Shown here piece after piece: positions 27,718-36,258 of a stretch of DNA of 39,765 bases. Under the pieces are notes generated by a model. It did no database searches. It was not told the origin of the DNA and was given only the letters and a program-made list of their open reading frames with translations. A program made the translations under genes and the position numbers. This DNA comes from a virus (taxonomy: Duplodnaviria > Caudoviricetes), in the IMG/VR virus record IMGVR_UViG_3300048629_000064, positions 1-39,765 of that record. The stretch is one strand, 5' to 3'. Every line of letters begins with the position of its first letter. Within the stretch, counting starts at the first letter, position 1.

Positions 27718-28011
27718 ATGAAAACCTTAATAGCAATAGCCATACTCACCGCCACCATGACCACCACTGCCCAGGCAGCAACCTACTACGGTAACTCCAG
27801 GTATGAACGGTCTATCCGGATTGCCTGTGAGAACCAGAACACATATCGAGACCGGAAATCAAAACACCTGAACAAACAGGCAGCAAAGGAATGTTTTTAC
27901 AACACTGTGGACATGGACAGGAGAAATGCCTACCTGGACTCAGCCACAGAATTAAACCGTGAGGTTACTAAGCAATTACGCCGATCTCATAGAACCATAA
28001 ACCGGAGATAG
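27718..28011 (+). CDS. Small exported protein with signal peptide
   Basis: ATG at 27718 after GGAG; MKTLIAIAILTATMTTTAQA signal; two Cys. Confidence 0.7.
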   Translation: MKTLIAIAILTATMTTTAQAATYYGNSRYERSIRIACENQNTYRDRKSKHLNKQAAKECFYNTVDMDRRNAYLDSATELNREVTKQLRRSHRTINRR

Positions 28012-28015
28012 TAAA

Positions 28016-28285
28016 ATGAAAAAGTTAATCATGGCCGTAACAATATCAATATTCATGACTGGCTGTGGAGTAACACCTCGAATTACAGACGGTCCTGATC
28101 TAACTCGGCAAGAGCATGCTGCTAATGCATATGAATGTAGGCAGGAAAGTATGCAGCCTTACTATCACTCATATACAAACGATGTATCGAATGTTTACAA
28201 CTCGAATGCTAATGCAGGTGTATCCGCTAATCGTGACACTTGGATTGCCTGCATGAGTGCCCGTGGGTATGTCTTTACATATTGA
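28016..28285 (+). CDS. Small lipoprotein
   Basis: MKKLIMAVTISIFMTGC lipobox-like N-terminus; YEC...CMSARGY. Confidence 0.75.
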   Translation: MKKLIMAVTISIFMTGCGVTPRITDGPDLTRQEHAANAYECRQESMQPYYHSYTNDVSNVYNSNANAGVSANRDTWIACMSARGYVFTY

Positions 28286-28308
28286 AACCATAAACTGGAG
28301 ATGATAAA

Positions 28309-28560
28309 ATGACTGTAGTCGATATACGAGGTAACATTGAGTATCAACCGGCAAACCATCGGAACCCATGGACAGTCGATGATACCTTGCATCTTTGTGA
28401 GATGTACCTTGATAACAAGACCTGGACAGCAATGGCTCGAGAACTGTCCAGGACTGAAGGTGCATGTAGAAACCGTCTGTATATCGTCAAGACGGCATTC
28501 AAGTTAATGCAAGGCCTCACCGAGACTGATACTGCTTTTCTGCTAAAGGTGGTTGGATGA
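28309..28560 (+). CDS. Myb/SANT-like HTH protein
   Basis: WTVDDTLHL...WTAMARELSRTEGACRNRL; GGAG RBS. Confidence 0.7.
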   Translation: MTVVDIRGNIEYQPANHRNPWTVDDTLHLCEMYLDNKTWTAMARELSRTEGACRNRLYIVKTAFKLMQGLTETDTAFLLKVVG

Positions 28561-28655
28561 AACTATTAAGATTTATCTTGTGGATTATAGCCGGAGTGTT
28601 GTTCGCCTTAATACTGTCGATAACAGATATCGATTTTCCGGCATGGATGATATAA
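28557..28655 (+). CDS. 32-aa membrane peptide (not in ORF track)
   Basis: MKLLRFILWIIAGVLFALILSITDIDFPAWMI*; ATGA overlap. Confidence 0.55.
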   Translation: MKLLRFILWIIAGVLFALILSITDIDFPAWMI

Positions 28656-28665
28656 AAAAAAAGCG

Positions 28666-28705
28666 TTGCACGTAATATGCCATGTGTTATAATGGCATAT
28701 TGCGT
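28666..28705 (+). promoter_or_regulatory. Sigma70-like promoter embedded in a 14-bp inverted repeat
   Basis: TTGCAC-16 bp-TATAAT with TGn; arms at 28670-28683 and 28692-28705 (1 mismatch). Confidence 0.7.
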
Positions 28706-28734
28706 ATGATTATCATTTAACCTATGGAGAAACA

Positions 28735-29430
28735 ATGAGAATTTACAACTCAGCAATTGAAGCACTAAATGAGATTGAACGAGATATATCTGAAATGGGA
28801 ATTGTCTATCAGTCGGCAACTGTCCAGGATCAGGATGTCTCCCAGGATGATAACTTCCAGACAAAGGAATTGATATCATATTCCTACATGCTTACAAAAT
28901 GGGAAGATATAGTTGAAGCCGTTTCCATGATGGACATTCCTATAGATTGGGTTGCCGTTGAAATGGAGGAGCGTCTCGATCTTGCACTGATCAATAAAAA
29001 TCCGGGCCTTGCCTGGAGATTGAGAAGTGATCTGTTTAAGCCATTCCTCCGTAACGGTGTGTTCTCGTATTCATACCCCGAGCGGTTTCATGCACAACTG
29101 CCTTACATCATTCATGAGCTGAAAACCAGACCATTTACCCGTCAGGCTATGCTCACCATGTATGAGTCATCTAAAGACATCATGAGTTGGGGTGGTCAGG
29201 ATCGGGTACCATGTTCTTTATCCTATCAATTCCTTATTAGGAATGGGGAACTGATCGTCATATATAACCAGCGGTCATGTGACTACAAGAAATTCCTTGC
29301 CTCAGATATGTATTTTGCCTGTATGCTGTTGGAATGTGTAGCACAGGAAGTCGGGGTAAAACTTGGGGCAATGATTCATAATGTCGGGTCACTGCATTGT
29401 TTCAAGAAAGACCTCACTGAGGTATTCTAA
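28735..29430 (+). CDS. Thymidylate synthase-superfamily enzyme, probably a dCMP (hydroxy)methyltransferase
   Basis: RVPC catalytic Cys; QRSCD-x7-D (Asp where ThyA has Asn); GSLH. Confidence 0.85.
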   Translation: MRIYNSAIEALNEIERDISEMGIVYQSATVQDQDVSQDDNFQTKELISYSYMLTKWEDIVEAVSMMDIPIDWVAVEMEERLDLALINKNPGLAWRLRSDLFKPFLRNGVFSYSYPERFHAQLPYIIHELKTRPFTRQAMLTMYESSKDIMSWGGQDRVPCSLSYQFLIRNGELIVIYNQRSCDYKKFLASDMYFACMLLECVAQEVGVKLGAMIHNVGSLHCFKKDLTEVF

Positions 29431-29882
29431 TGAGGCCTTCACGACTCGATACATATTTTTCCATGGTGAATGTCGTTGCCGTTCGTGGTGCATGTCTAAG
29501 GCGTCATGTGGGGGCCATCGTGGTGGTAGACAATCGAATAGTTACTACTGGATACAACGGCCCACCACCTGGTGTAGCCCATTGCACCACCTGCTTAAAG
29601 GAACAGGCACCATCTGGAGCAGGTCGCGAGTTATGTCCAGCCGTACATGCCGAGGTGAATGCAATTCTTCAGGCTGCAAAGTTTGGGGTGTCTATCAGGA
29701 ATGGTCACTTGATCTGTACCTTACAACCCTGCTTCGAGTGTTTGAAAATGATAATTAACAGCGGAGTGTCTGCTGTAACTTTTCTCGAAGAATATCCACC
29801 ATCAAATCTTGAGCTTTACCTTCGAGTAATCGAAGAATCTGGTTTGTGGATTGTCCACCACCAGGAACCTAAAACCTTTTAA
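29430..29882 (+). CDS. dCMP deaminase-family protein
   Basis: VGAIVV, TGYNGPP, HAE and PCFEC; TAATG coupling to the upstream gene. Confidence 0.9.
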   Translation: MRPSRLDTYFSMVNVVAVRGACLRRHVGAIVVVDNRIVTTGYNGPPPGVAHCTTCLKEQAPSGAGRELCPAVHAEVNAILQAAKFGVSIRNGHLICTLQPCFECLKMIINSGVSAVTFLEEYPPSNLELYLRVIEESGLWIVHHQEPKTF

Positions 29883-29898
29883 TAGGAGAAGTAAAACA

Positions 29899-30456
29899 AT
29901 GGCAAAGAAAACCAAGAAAACCAAGAAAACTGAGAAAACGGGAAAGCGACTAAATCGAATCATGACTCCAAAGTTTACCGCTTCTTATGCTCATGTCTTC
30001 GAGCCTACTGAGTCCATGTCTGGGGATATGAAGTATTCCCTGGCTATGGTGTTCAAGAAAGGATCTGATCTCGACGAGATTAAAGCCGGTATTCGTCAGG
30101 CAATCATTTCTAAATGGGGGACTAATAAAGCAGATTGGCCTAAGAACCTCAGAACCCCGTTGCGTAGTGGTAATGATGACCGGGACGGAGAAGGTATCTA
30201 TAAAAATGCTATGTTTATGAATGCCAGTTCAAACCGTAGGCCCGGTGTGGTGGACAGTAATGCTAATGACCGTGAACGTCTGGAGGATGACGACGAGTTC
30301 TACTCCGGATGTATCGCCCGGGCCACCATTAAATTCTTTCCGTATGATAAGAAGGGAAACCGTGGGGTAGGTGTTGGCCTTCAGAACATCCAGAAATTGA
30401 AAGATGGGACCCCCCTTGATGGTCGGGTAGATCCTAATGATGATTTTGATGACTGA
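29899..30456 (+). CDS. DUF2815 single-stranded DNA-binding protein
   Basis: SYAHVFEP, PLRSG, FYSGC, GNRGVGVGLQNIQKLKDG and an acidic tail; ATG at 29899 after AGGAG. Confidence 0.9.
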   Translation: MAKKTKKTKKTEKTGKRLNRIMTPKFTASYAHVFEPTESMSGDMKYSLAMVFKKGSDLDEIKAGIRQAIISKWGTNKADWPKNLRTPLRSGNDDRDGEGIYKNAMFMNASSNRRPGVVDSNANDRERLEDDDEFYSGCIARATIKFFPYDKKGNRGVGVGLQNIQKLKDGTPLDGRVDPNDDFDD

Positions 30457-30478
30457 TAACTGATAACTATTAACCTTT

Positions 30479-30504
30479 TGGGGTAGCCATAACTGGCTAC
30501 CCCA
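30479..30504 (+). promoter_or_regulatory. 11-bp perfect hairpin abutting the polymerase RBS
   Basis: TGGGGTAGCCA-TAAC-TGGCTACCCCA, then AGGAG at 30506-30510. Confidence 0.6.
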
Positions 30505-30514
30505 TAGGAGTTTT

Positions 30515-32527
30515 ATGAAAATAAATACCATTCATATTGACTTTGAGTCATATTCTGAGATTAACCTGAAGATGTTTGGAGCGATGAGATATGCCCAGGA
30601 CACGTCCACTGAGCTCATCTGTTTGGCATATTCGATCAATCGGAAAAAACCACGCCTGTGGATCCTGGGAGACAAGCCCCCTAAGCGGCTATTTAAGGCA
30701 ATCCTGAATGGTTATCAAGTACATGCCTGGAATGCTTTCTTTGAGATGGTTATGTGGGAGCATATATGTGTTGCTCAGATGGGGTGGCCTAAGATTAGGT
30801 TTGATAGGTGGCGCGACTCCCAGGCAGTTGCTGCTTCATTCGCCTTACCAGTCGACCTGGATAATTGTGGCAGTGTTCTCGACCTGGACATACAAAAAGA
30901 TAAACGAGGTAAATATCTCATTCAGAAACTGTGTAAGCCCAGGGGACGGACATCGAAAGCCAATCCAGATCCCAGATGGTTGCCCCATACGGCTCCTGAA
31001 GACTTTGAAGATATGTACCAGTATTGTATTCGTGACGTGGAGGCCGAGATTGCTATCGAGGATGCACTGCCTAAGCCGAATCTATCTCCCCGTGAGCTCG
31101 AGGTGTGGAGGTTAACCGTGAGAAAAAACCTTCGTGGCCTACCCCTCGATTATGATCTAATCTGCTCAGTCATATCAAAGATGAATGAATACCAGCATGT
31201 TCTGGAAGGCCGTATCTCCGAACTGACCAATGGTGTTATCACCACGGGCGGGCAGACGCAACGCATGCGGACCTGGCTAGACGAAGAACATGGTGTAGAT
31301 ATGTCATCTATGGATAAGGCCCATATTGAGGATGCACTATTGAAGGACATACCAGGTCCTGCTCGTAAACTACTAATGCTTCGGCAGTCATTATCAAAAT
31401 CCTCGACAAAGAAATTTGTTAAGCTGAAAGGTGCAGCGATTGAAGGTAGAAATAAGATATGGCGAATATACGGCTGTCTTCGATATCATAAGGCAACGAC
31501 AGGTAGGTGGGGTGGTGCATTGTTTCAGCCCCACAACTTACCCCGAGCAGCAGTATCTAATCCAGAACAAGCCGTAAAGGCCTTTAAACGCCTCACATTG
31601 GAAAGTTTCATGGTTTTGTATCCCGATGTATCATATACTGCATCAGCCATGGTTAGACCGTCAATCTGTGCTCCTAAAGGTATGATACTGTTTGACAGTG
31701 ATTATTCATCTGTAGAAAACTGCACTGTCATGTGGTTGGCCGATGATCGAAATGGATTGAAACTACTACGTAATGGCATGGACCTTTACATAGATATGGC
31801 TATCTCGCTTCATCCTAAATACACGTATGCCTGGATTAAGGAGCATAAGGGGATAAGCTCCACAGCTGACCACCTGAGAAGGCATGGTAAACTCACCATT
31901 CTCGGTGCGGTATATTCTATGGGTTGGAAGAAATTCAAACAGACCTGTGAGTTAATGGGATTTCCTATAAATAATGAAGATGCCCAGTTTACCATTAACA
32001 CTTTTCGGCAGAAGTACCGATCGATTGTAGAACTGTGGTATGGTCTTGAACGTGCTGCCAAGGATGCATTAAAAACTCCAGGTGTAGTTACAAAATATCT
32101 ACGTATAAGATTCTTAGTTGAGAATGGTTTTCTATACATGATCTTACCAAACAATAAACGGCTGGCTTACTATAATCCAGGTATTGAGGTTAGAAAGACT
32201 CCATGGGGTCAGATGAAACCTGTTATCACTCATGAGGGTTATCTTGGCACTACAAGAAAATGGGGGAGGCCAGTATTAACCCCAGGCCGTCTCACGGAGA
32301 ATGCCTCACAGGCAACTGCCCGGGAGTTATTGGTAGACGGCATGTTTAATCTGGAAGATGATGGTTACAGAATCATCTTGTCGATACATGATGAAGCACT
32401 TGCTTTAGTGAAGAAAGGTGCAGGGTCCATGGATGAGTTCAATACCTCATTATGTAAGGTATCTAGTGTATTCAAAACAATACCCCTGAAAGCCTCAGGC
32501 TTTATGGGGAAACGATTTAGGAAATAA
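30515..32527 (+). CDS. Family A DNA polymerase (APSE-1-like) with 3'-5' exonuclease
   Basis: DFESYS, AWNAFFE, YCIRDV, TTGRW, motif A DYSSVE, motif B RRHGKLTILGAVY, motif C IHDE. Confidence 0.95.
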   Translation: MKINTIHIDFESYSEINLKMFGAMRYAQDTSTELICLAYSINRKKPRLWILGDKPPKRLFKAILNGYQVHAWNAFFEMVMWEHICVAQMGWPKIRFDRWRDSQAVAASFALPVDLDNCGSVLDLDIQKDKRGKYLIQKLCKPRGRTSKANPDPRWLPHTAPEDFEDMYQYCIRDVEAEIAIEDALPKPNLSPRELEVWRLTVRKNLRGLPLDYDLICSVISKMNEYQHVLEGRISELTNGVITTGGQTQRMRTWLDEEHGVDMSSMDKAHIEDALLKDIPGPARKLLMLRQSLSKSSTKKFVKLKGAAIEGRNKIWRIYGCLRYHKATTGRWGGALFQPHNLPRAAVSNPEQAVKAFKRLTLESFMVLYPDVSYTASAMVRPSICAPKGMILFDSDYSSVENCTVMWLADDRNGLKLLRNGMDLYIDMAISLHPKYTYAWIKEHKGISSTADHLRRHGKLTILGAVYSMGWKKFKQTCELMGFPINNEDAQFTINTFRQKYRSIVELWYGLERAAKDALKTPGVVTKYLRIRFLVENGFLYMILPNNKRLAYYNPGIEVRKTPWGQMKPVITHEGYLGTTRKWGRPVLTPGRLTENASQATARELLVDGMFNLEDDGYRIILSIHDEALALVKKGAGSMDEFNTSLCKVSSVFKTIPLKASGFMGKRFRK

Positions 32528-32531
32528 TATT

Positions 32532-32813
32532 ATGAGAGACTATAGGGAAATAAGTTTTCTGTCGATGGTGGGTGAGATTACTCCGGTAGAACGTCGGATG
32601 ATAAAAGCAAAAATATCGAGTTGGCCTCAGGTGTCTAAATATCTCCAGACAATGGACCTGGATGAGGTTAGAAAGGCGTGTCTGATCGAGCTCGAAGATG
32701 ATAAGCGTCTTCATATACTTCATCGCCTGAAATCCCGTATCAATGTTCTGACTACACGGGAAACTGATGCTGAGCTCGTTGACTCGATCTTCATCAATGA
32801 TATGAAGTTATGA
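32532..32813 (+). CDS. Hypothetical protein
   Basis: 93 aa, coupled to the helicase gene. Confidence 0.6.
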   Translation: MRDYREISFLSMVGEITPVERRMIKAKISSWPQVSKYLQTMDLDEVRKACLIELEDDKRLHILHRLKSRINVLTTRETDAELVDSIFINDMKL

Positions 32814-34192
32814 GAACAGAGAAGGATTTAAAATCATACCAGAGAGAGGCTATAAAATACTCACTGGATCGGGATGGCTCGTATCTCGCATTATACATGG
32901 GTCTCGGTAAAACTGTCTGTGCATTAACTGTAGCCCATACCTGGATGGATACATGCACCTGCCATGGTATTCTGTATGTTGCCCCGATGAACGTCTGCCT
33001 AACCGTAGTAGAGGCCGAGACTAAATTGTGGAAGCATCTCAAAAACCTCAAAGTGGTGTTTGTGCATGGACCTGATAAGCTCGACATACTGAACAGCCAA
33101 GCGGATATCTATGTTATCAATCCTGAGGGAATTAAATGGCTACACAGTGTTCTGCATAGACGTCTTCGGCATGTCCATCCAGTATTCCCGTTTAATGGGC
33201 TGATCGTGGATGAGGGCACTAAGTTCAAAACAGCGGGTGTCCAGTGGCGTAAACTTAAGGGGATGTATCCAATATTTAATAAGAGAATAGTAATGTCCGG
33301 TAGGCCTGCACCAAACAGCCTACTTGAGTTGTGGACTCAGATGTTTTTACTTGATCGGGGTAAGCGTCTGGGCAGGACACTAACTAGTTATAGAAGAAAG
33401 TATTTTGACCAGGACTACACAGGATATAGGTATCTCCCGAAGCATAAGGCAGAGAAACGGATCTACAAAAAGATTAGGGATATCATGTTCACTGTGGATA
33501 AGTCTCATGGTAACCTGCCTATGATAACTACTAAAGAGGTAAACTGTAAATTCACAAAACAATTGGCTAAGGAATATGCCGAGTTTAAAAAAGAAAAGAT
33601 AATCGAAATTAAAAGGCTCAGACGTAAACATAAACTGAAAGCCAAGAATGCAATGTCCCTGTCTATGAAACTCAGACAATATTGTCAAGGACTGGTGTAC
33701 TCGAGTGAAGGCGTGGCTGTGAAAGTTCATCAGATTAAATATGAAGCATTAAACATGATCATAGAATCAGCCAATGGGACTCCAGTAATGATTGTTTATA
33801 ACTTCAACCATGAACGAGATTTTCTAAAGAAGAAATTAGGTGGAGCTCCCCACATTGGTGGTGGTGTTGACCGGGACAAACAGGTTAAAACTATTCACAA
33901 GTGGAATAGGGGAAAAATATCAAAACTACTTGTACACCCAAAGTCTACGAGTCATGGGCTTAACATGCAAGGGGGTGGTAATCTGTTAGTATTCTATTCG
34001 CCTACCTGGTCCGGTGATGAATACCATCAGTTAATAAGTCGACTATGCCGAACGGGTCAAAAATCGAGTTATGTCATAGTGTATCATATTTCAATTTTAA
34101 ACACGATTGATCCAATCATATACAAATCCATTGAAAATAAAAATAAAACGCATGAAGGGCTCACCAGAGCAATCCTAAAATATCTCAAATAA
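32810..34192 (+). CDS. SNF2-like superfamily 2 helicase
   Basis: YQ, MGLGKT, IVDE, SGRPAPN, HGLNMQ and RLCRTGQ. Confidence 0.9.
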   Translation: MRTEKDLKSYQREAIKYSLDRDGSYLALYMGLGKTVCALTVAHTWMDTCTCHGILYVAPMNVCLTVVEAETKLWKHLKNLKVVFVHGPDKLDILNSQADIYVINPEGIKWLHSVLHRRLRHVHPVFPFNGLIVDEGTKFKTAGVQWRKLKGMYPIFNKRIVMSGRPAPNSLLELWTQMFLLDRGKRLGRTLTSYRRKYFDQDYTGYRYLPKHKAEKRIYKKIRDIMFTVDKSHGNLPMITTKEVNCKFTKQLAKEYAEFKKEKIIEIKRLRRKHKLKAKNAMSLSMKLRQYCQGLVYSSEGVAVKVHQIKYEALNMIIESANGTPVMIVYNFNHERDFLKKKLGGAPHIGGGVDRDKQVKTIHKWNRGKISKLLVHPKSTSHGLNMQGGGNLLVFYSPTWSGDEYHQLISRLCRTGQKSSYVIVYHISILNTIDPIIYKSIENKNKTHEGLTRAILKYLK

Positions 34193-34200
34193 CATATGAC

Positions 34201-34482
34201 ATGGTATGCGAACGTGTAGTAGAAAAACAGATGAGAAAATATGTAGAATCACTTGGTGGGCAATTTAAGAAGTGGACCTGCCCAGGAGAATCCGGGGTAC
34301 CAGATAGAATCTGTTTACTCCCTCGTCGAGTGATAATCTTTATCGAGGCGAAAAGAACCAAAGGGGGAAAGATATCGAGACTGCAGATGGATTCAATTAA
34401 CGAACTCAGGTCACTGGGTTTTCCGGCATATGTCGTGAGCAACCTGGATAAATTCAAAGAGATCATTGATAGACATAGGTAA
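34201..34482 (+). CDS. VRR-NUC domain nuclease
   Basis: GVPDRI, FIEAK and SRLQ. Confidence 0.9.
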   Translation: MVCERVVEKQMRKYVESLGGQFKKWTCPGESGVPDRICLLPRRVIIFIEAKRTKGGKISRLQMDSINELRSLGFPAYVVSNLDKFKEIIDRHR

Positions 34483-34488
34483 CTGATA

Positions 34489-35076
34489 ATGAATATTAAA
34501 GTAGAAAAGGTATTAGGTAGGTGGTTAATCCATGTGGATGGTGTTACTCTGGATACCGTAGACTTTGCTGAGAAGTACAAGGTGTCTCGAATAAATCTAA
34601 CAAAGATGCTATCTAATAGTAAAAATGATTATGAACTGTACATCAGAAACCTCATCTGGCGCGTGGAGAATAATGTATCTCATAGTGAAGTTGTTTTCAT
34701 CAATCCAGATATGGAGCGTTGTGCTACCTCTATTATTCGTAGGCATATCCCAGATCTTGAAAAAACATATATCAGAAAACGTCTTGCATTATGGCGAGAT
34801 GGTCTAATTGATAACGACAGGCTGTTTCAGCCTCCTGAGATGGGTAAATGTGGTGGATCGAATATGCCCGGCCCATCTACAGCATCAGTAACTATTACCG
34901 AGGGTTCTAGACAGCGTGAGGCTGCTGCAGAGGTTGAGCTTAAAGATATGCCTGCAAGGGGTCGACTTGAAGACATTAAGGTTGGAACTTGGGAGAAGGA
35001 AAATAAACATATAAAAGGCAGACCCACGAAGATGATCTCAAGCACATCTCATGGGTACTGCCTATTCGGAGAATAA
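34489..35076 (+). CDS. Hypothetical protein
   Basis: 195-aa ORF with an AGGT RBS, in the operon. Confidence 0.6.
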   Translation: MNIKVEKVLGRWLIHVDGVTLDTVDFAEKYKVSRINLTKMLSNSKNDYELYIRNLIWRVENNVSHSEVVFINPDMERCATSIIRRHIPDLEKTYIRKRLALWRDGLIDNDRLFQPPEMGKCGGSNMPGPSTASVTITEGSRQREAAAEVELKDMPARGRLEDIKVGTWEKENKHIKGRPTKMISSTSHGYCLFGE

Positions 35077-35077
35077 T

Positions 35078-35269
35078 ATGGCTATAATACTTACCAGAGC
35101 AGGTGAACAGAAGCTAGGTATCACAGAGATAGAAGAACTTATGAATAAACTTGGAGTACATATTGAAGGTAGTCATTTAGAACTCCATGTAAATGGAAAG
35201 GCTTATCACGTAGGTAGGGACTGCTGTGAGTTCCCGCGAACAATTGACGAGCCCTTACGATTATTTTGA
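35078..35269 (+). CDS. Hypothetical 63-aa protein
   Basis: ATG at 35078 after GGAG; last plus-strand gene. Confidence 0.55.
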   Translation: MAIILTRAGEQKLGITEIEELMNKLGVHIEGSHLELHVNGKAYHVGRDCCEFPRTIDEPLRLF

Positions 35270-35632
35270 AGGTTTGACTGCTACAAACCCACCTGCTGGA
35301 GGAATGACCACAGTAGGTGGACAATACGCGACTATTGTACTCTCGTCACTCTCATCCTTCCCTTTGTATGCAACACAATAATAGCCTGTACATGCAGTTG
35401 GTTCAGTCACTGTTGCTTTCCTTTTATCCGGTTTAATCTTGTCCAGTACAACTTTATGGTTCCCATCATAAATTCTGAAGCCATCAATGTGTTTCTGCTG
35501 CTCTGCTGTGTATGTCCACTTGAACTCTGCAGCATTAGCAGTATCTACAACAAGACATATCAAAGCAATCAGGCTAGCGAGAAGAAAAAATATTGCAACC
35601 CCAAAAAATCTATCCCTAAGTCTCATGTTCAT
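35261..35632 (-). CDS. Exported protein with a fibronectin type III-like pattern
   Basis: Signal/TM segment, then FKWTY...IDGFRIY...YYCVAY...ESDES. Confidence 0.6.
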   Translation of the reverse strand: MNMRLRDRFFGVAIFFLLASLIALICLVVDTANAAEFKWTYTAEQQKHIDGFRIYDGNHKVVLDKIKPDKRKATVTEPTACTGYYCVAYKGKDESDESTIVAYCPPTVVIPPAGGFVAVKPSK

Positions 35633-35798
35633 TTTTATCCCTTGTAAAATTTGTTAACCACTGTGTAACAATGGTGTGGCAAGCAGGACATAAGTCATAA
35701 CTAAATCCCACATCTAATGTAGCATGACAAGTTTCAATCTCGAAATATGAATCCTCATCAAGCCAGTCCCCGCAAAAATCACAGTACCTCTGTAGCAA
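35616..35798 (-). CDS. 60-aa CxxC...CxxC protein
   Basis: CDFC and DLCPAC; overlaps both neighbours. Confidence 0.6.
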   Translation of the reverse strand: MLQRYCDFCGDWLDEDSYFEIETCHATLDVGFSYDLCPACHTIVTQWLTNFTRDKNEHET

Positions 35799-36258
35799 TA
35801 GGTTCCTCCTCTGGTAAGGTTTCCATGATAGAATTATCTACAGGCTCAGTGCTTGTAATGCCTGAATATTGAGTAGCAAAATAGTCTCGTACAGCGCTAT
35901 CATAGGCACTATGCTCATGGGAGGACTCAATGTAAATATCACGACCAGCAGCCATAGAACCACCATCCGAGTGTCTCCGTTGACCATATGCTAATGGCAT
36001 AAATAGAGTTGCATACGGTAGTGCTGCTTGCATGAAGTCAACTCCATCCCTTTCCCGATAGAATTTCTGCATTCCCATCCCACCTGCAAAGGCCATAGAT
36101 ATAGCGATACGAGCACCTTCACTCGTTGCACTGTTCATACCTGTAGTGAATGCAATAAATCGATCTGTATTACTCTGAGCAATCATTACATTGGTATCAT
36201 GTTGGGTAGCACATCCCGTTAATAAAATGAGTATAAGCAAAGCACCTGTAGATCTCAT
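35779..36258 (-). CDS. Lipoprotein (o-spanin candidate)
   Basis: MRSTGALLILILLTGC lipobox; ATGA overlap at 36255-36258. Confidence 0.65.
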   Translation of the reverse strand: MRSTGALLILILLTGCATQHDTNVMIAQSNTDRFIAFTTGMNSATSEGARIAISMAFAGGMGMQKFYRERDGVDFMQAALPYATLFMPLAYGQRRHSDGGSMAAGRDIYIESSHEHSAYDSAVRDYFATQYSGITSTEPVDNSIMETLPEEEPIATEVL

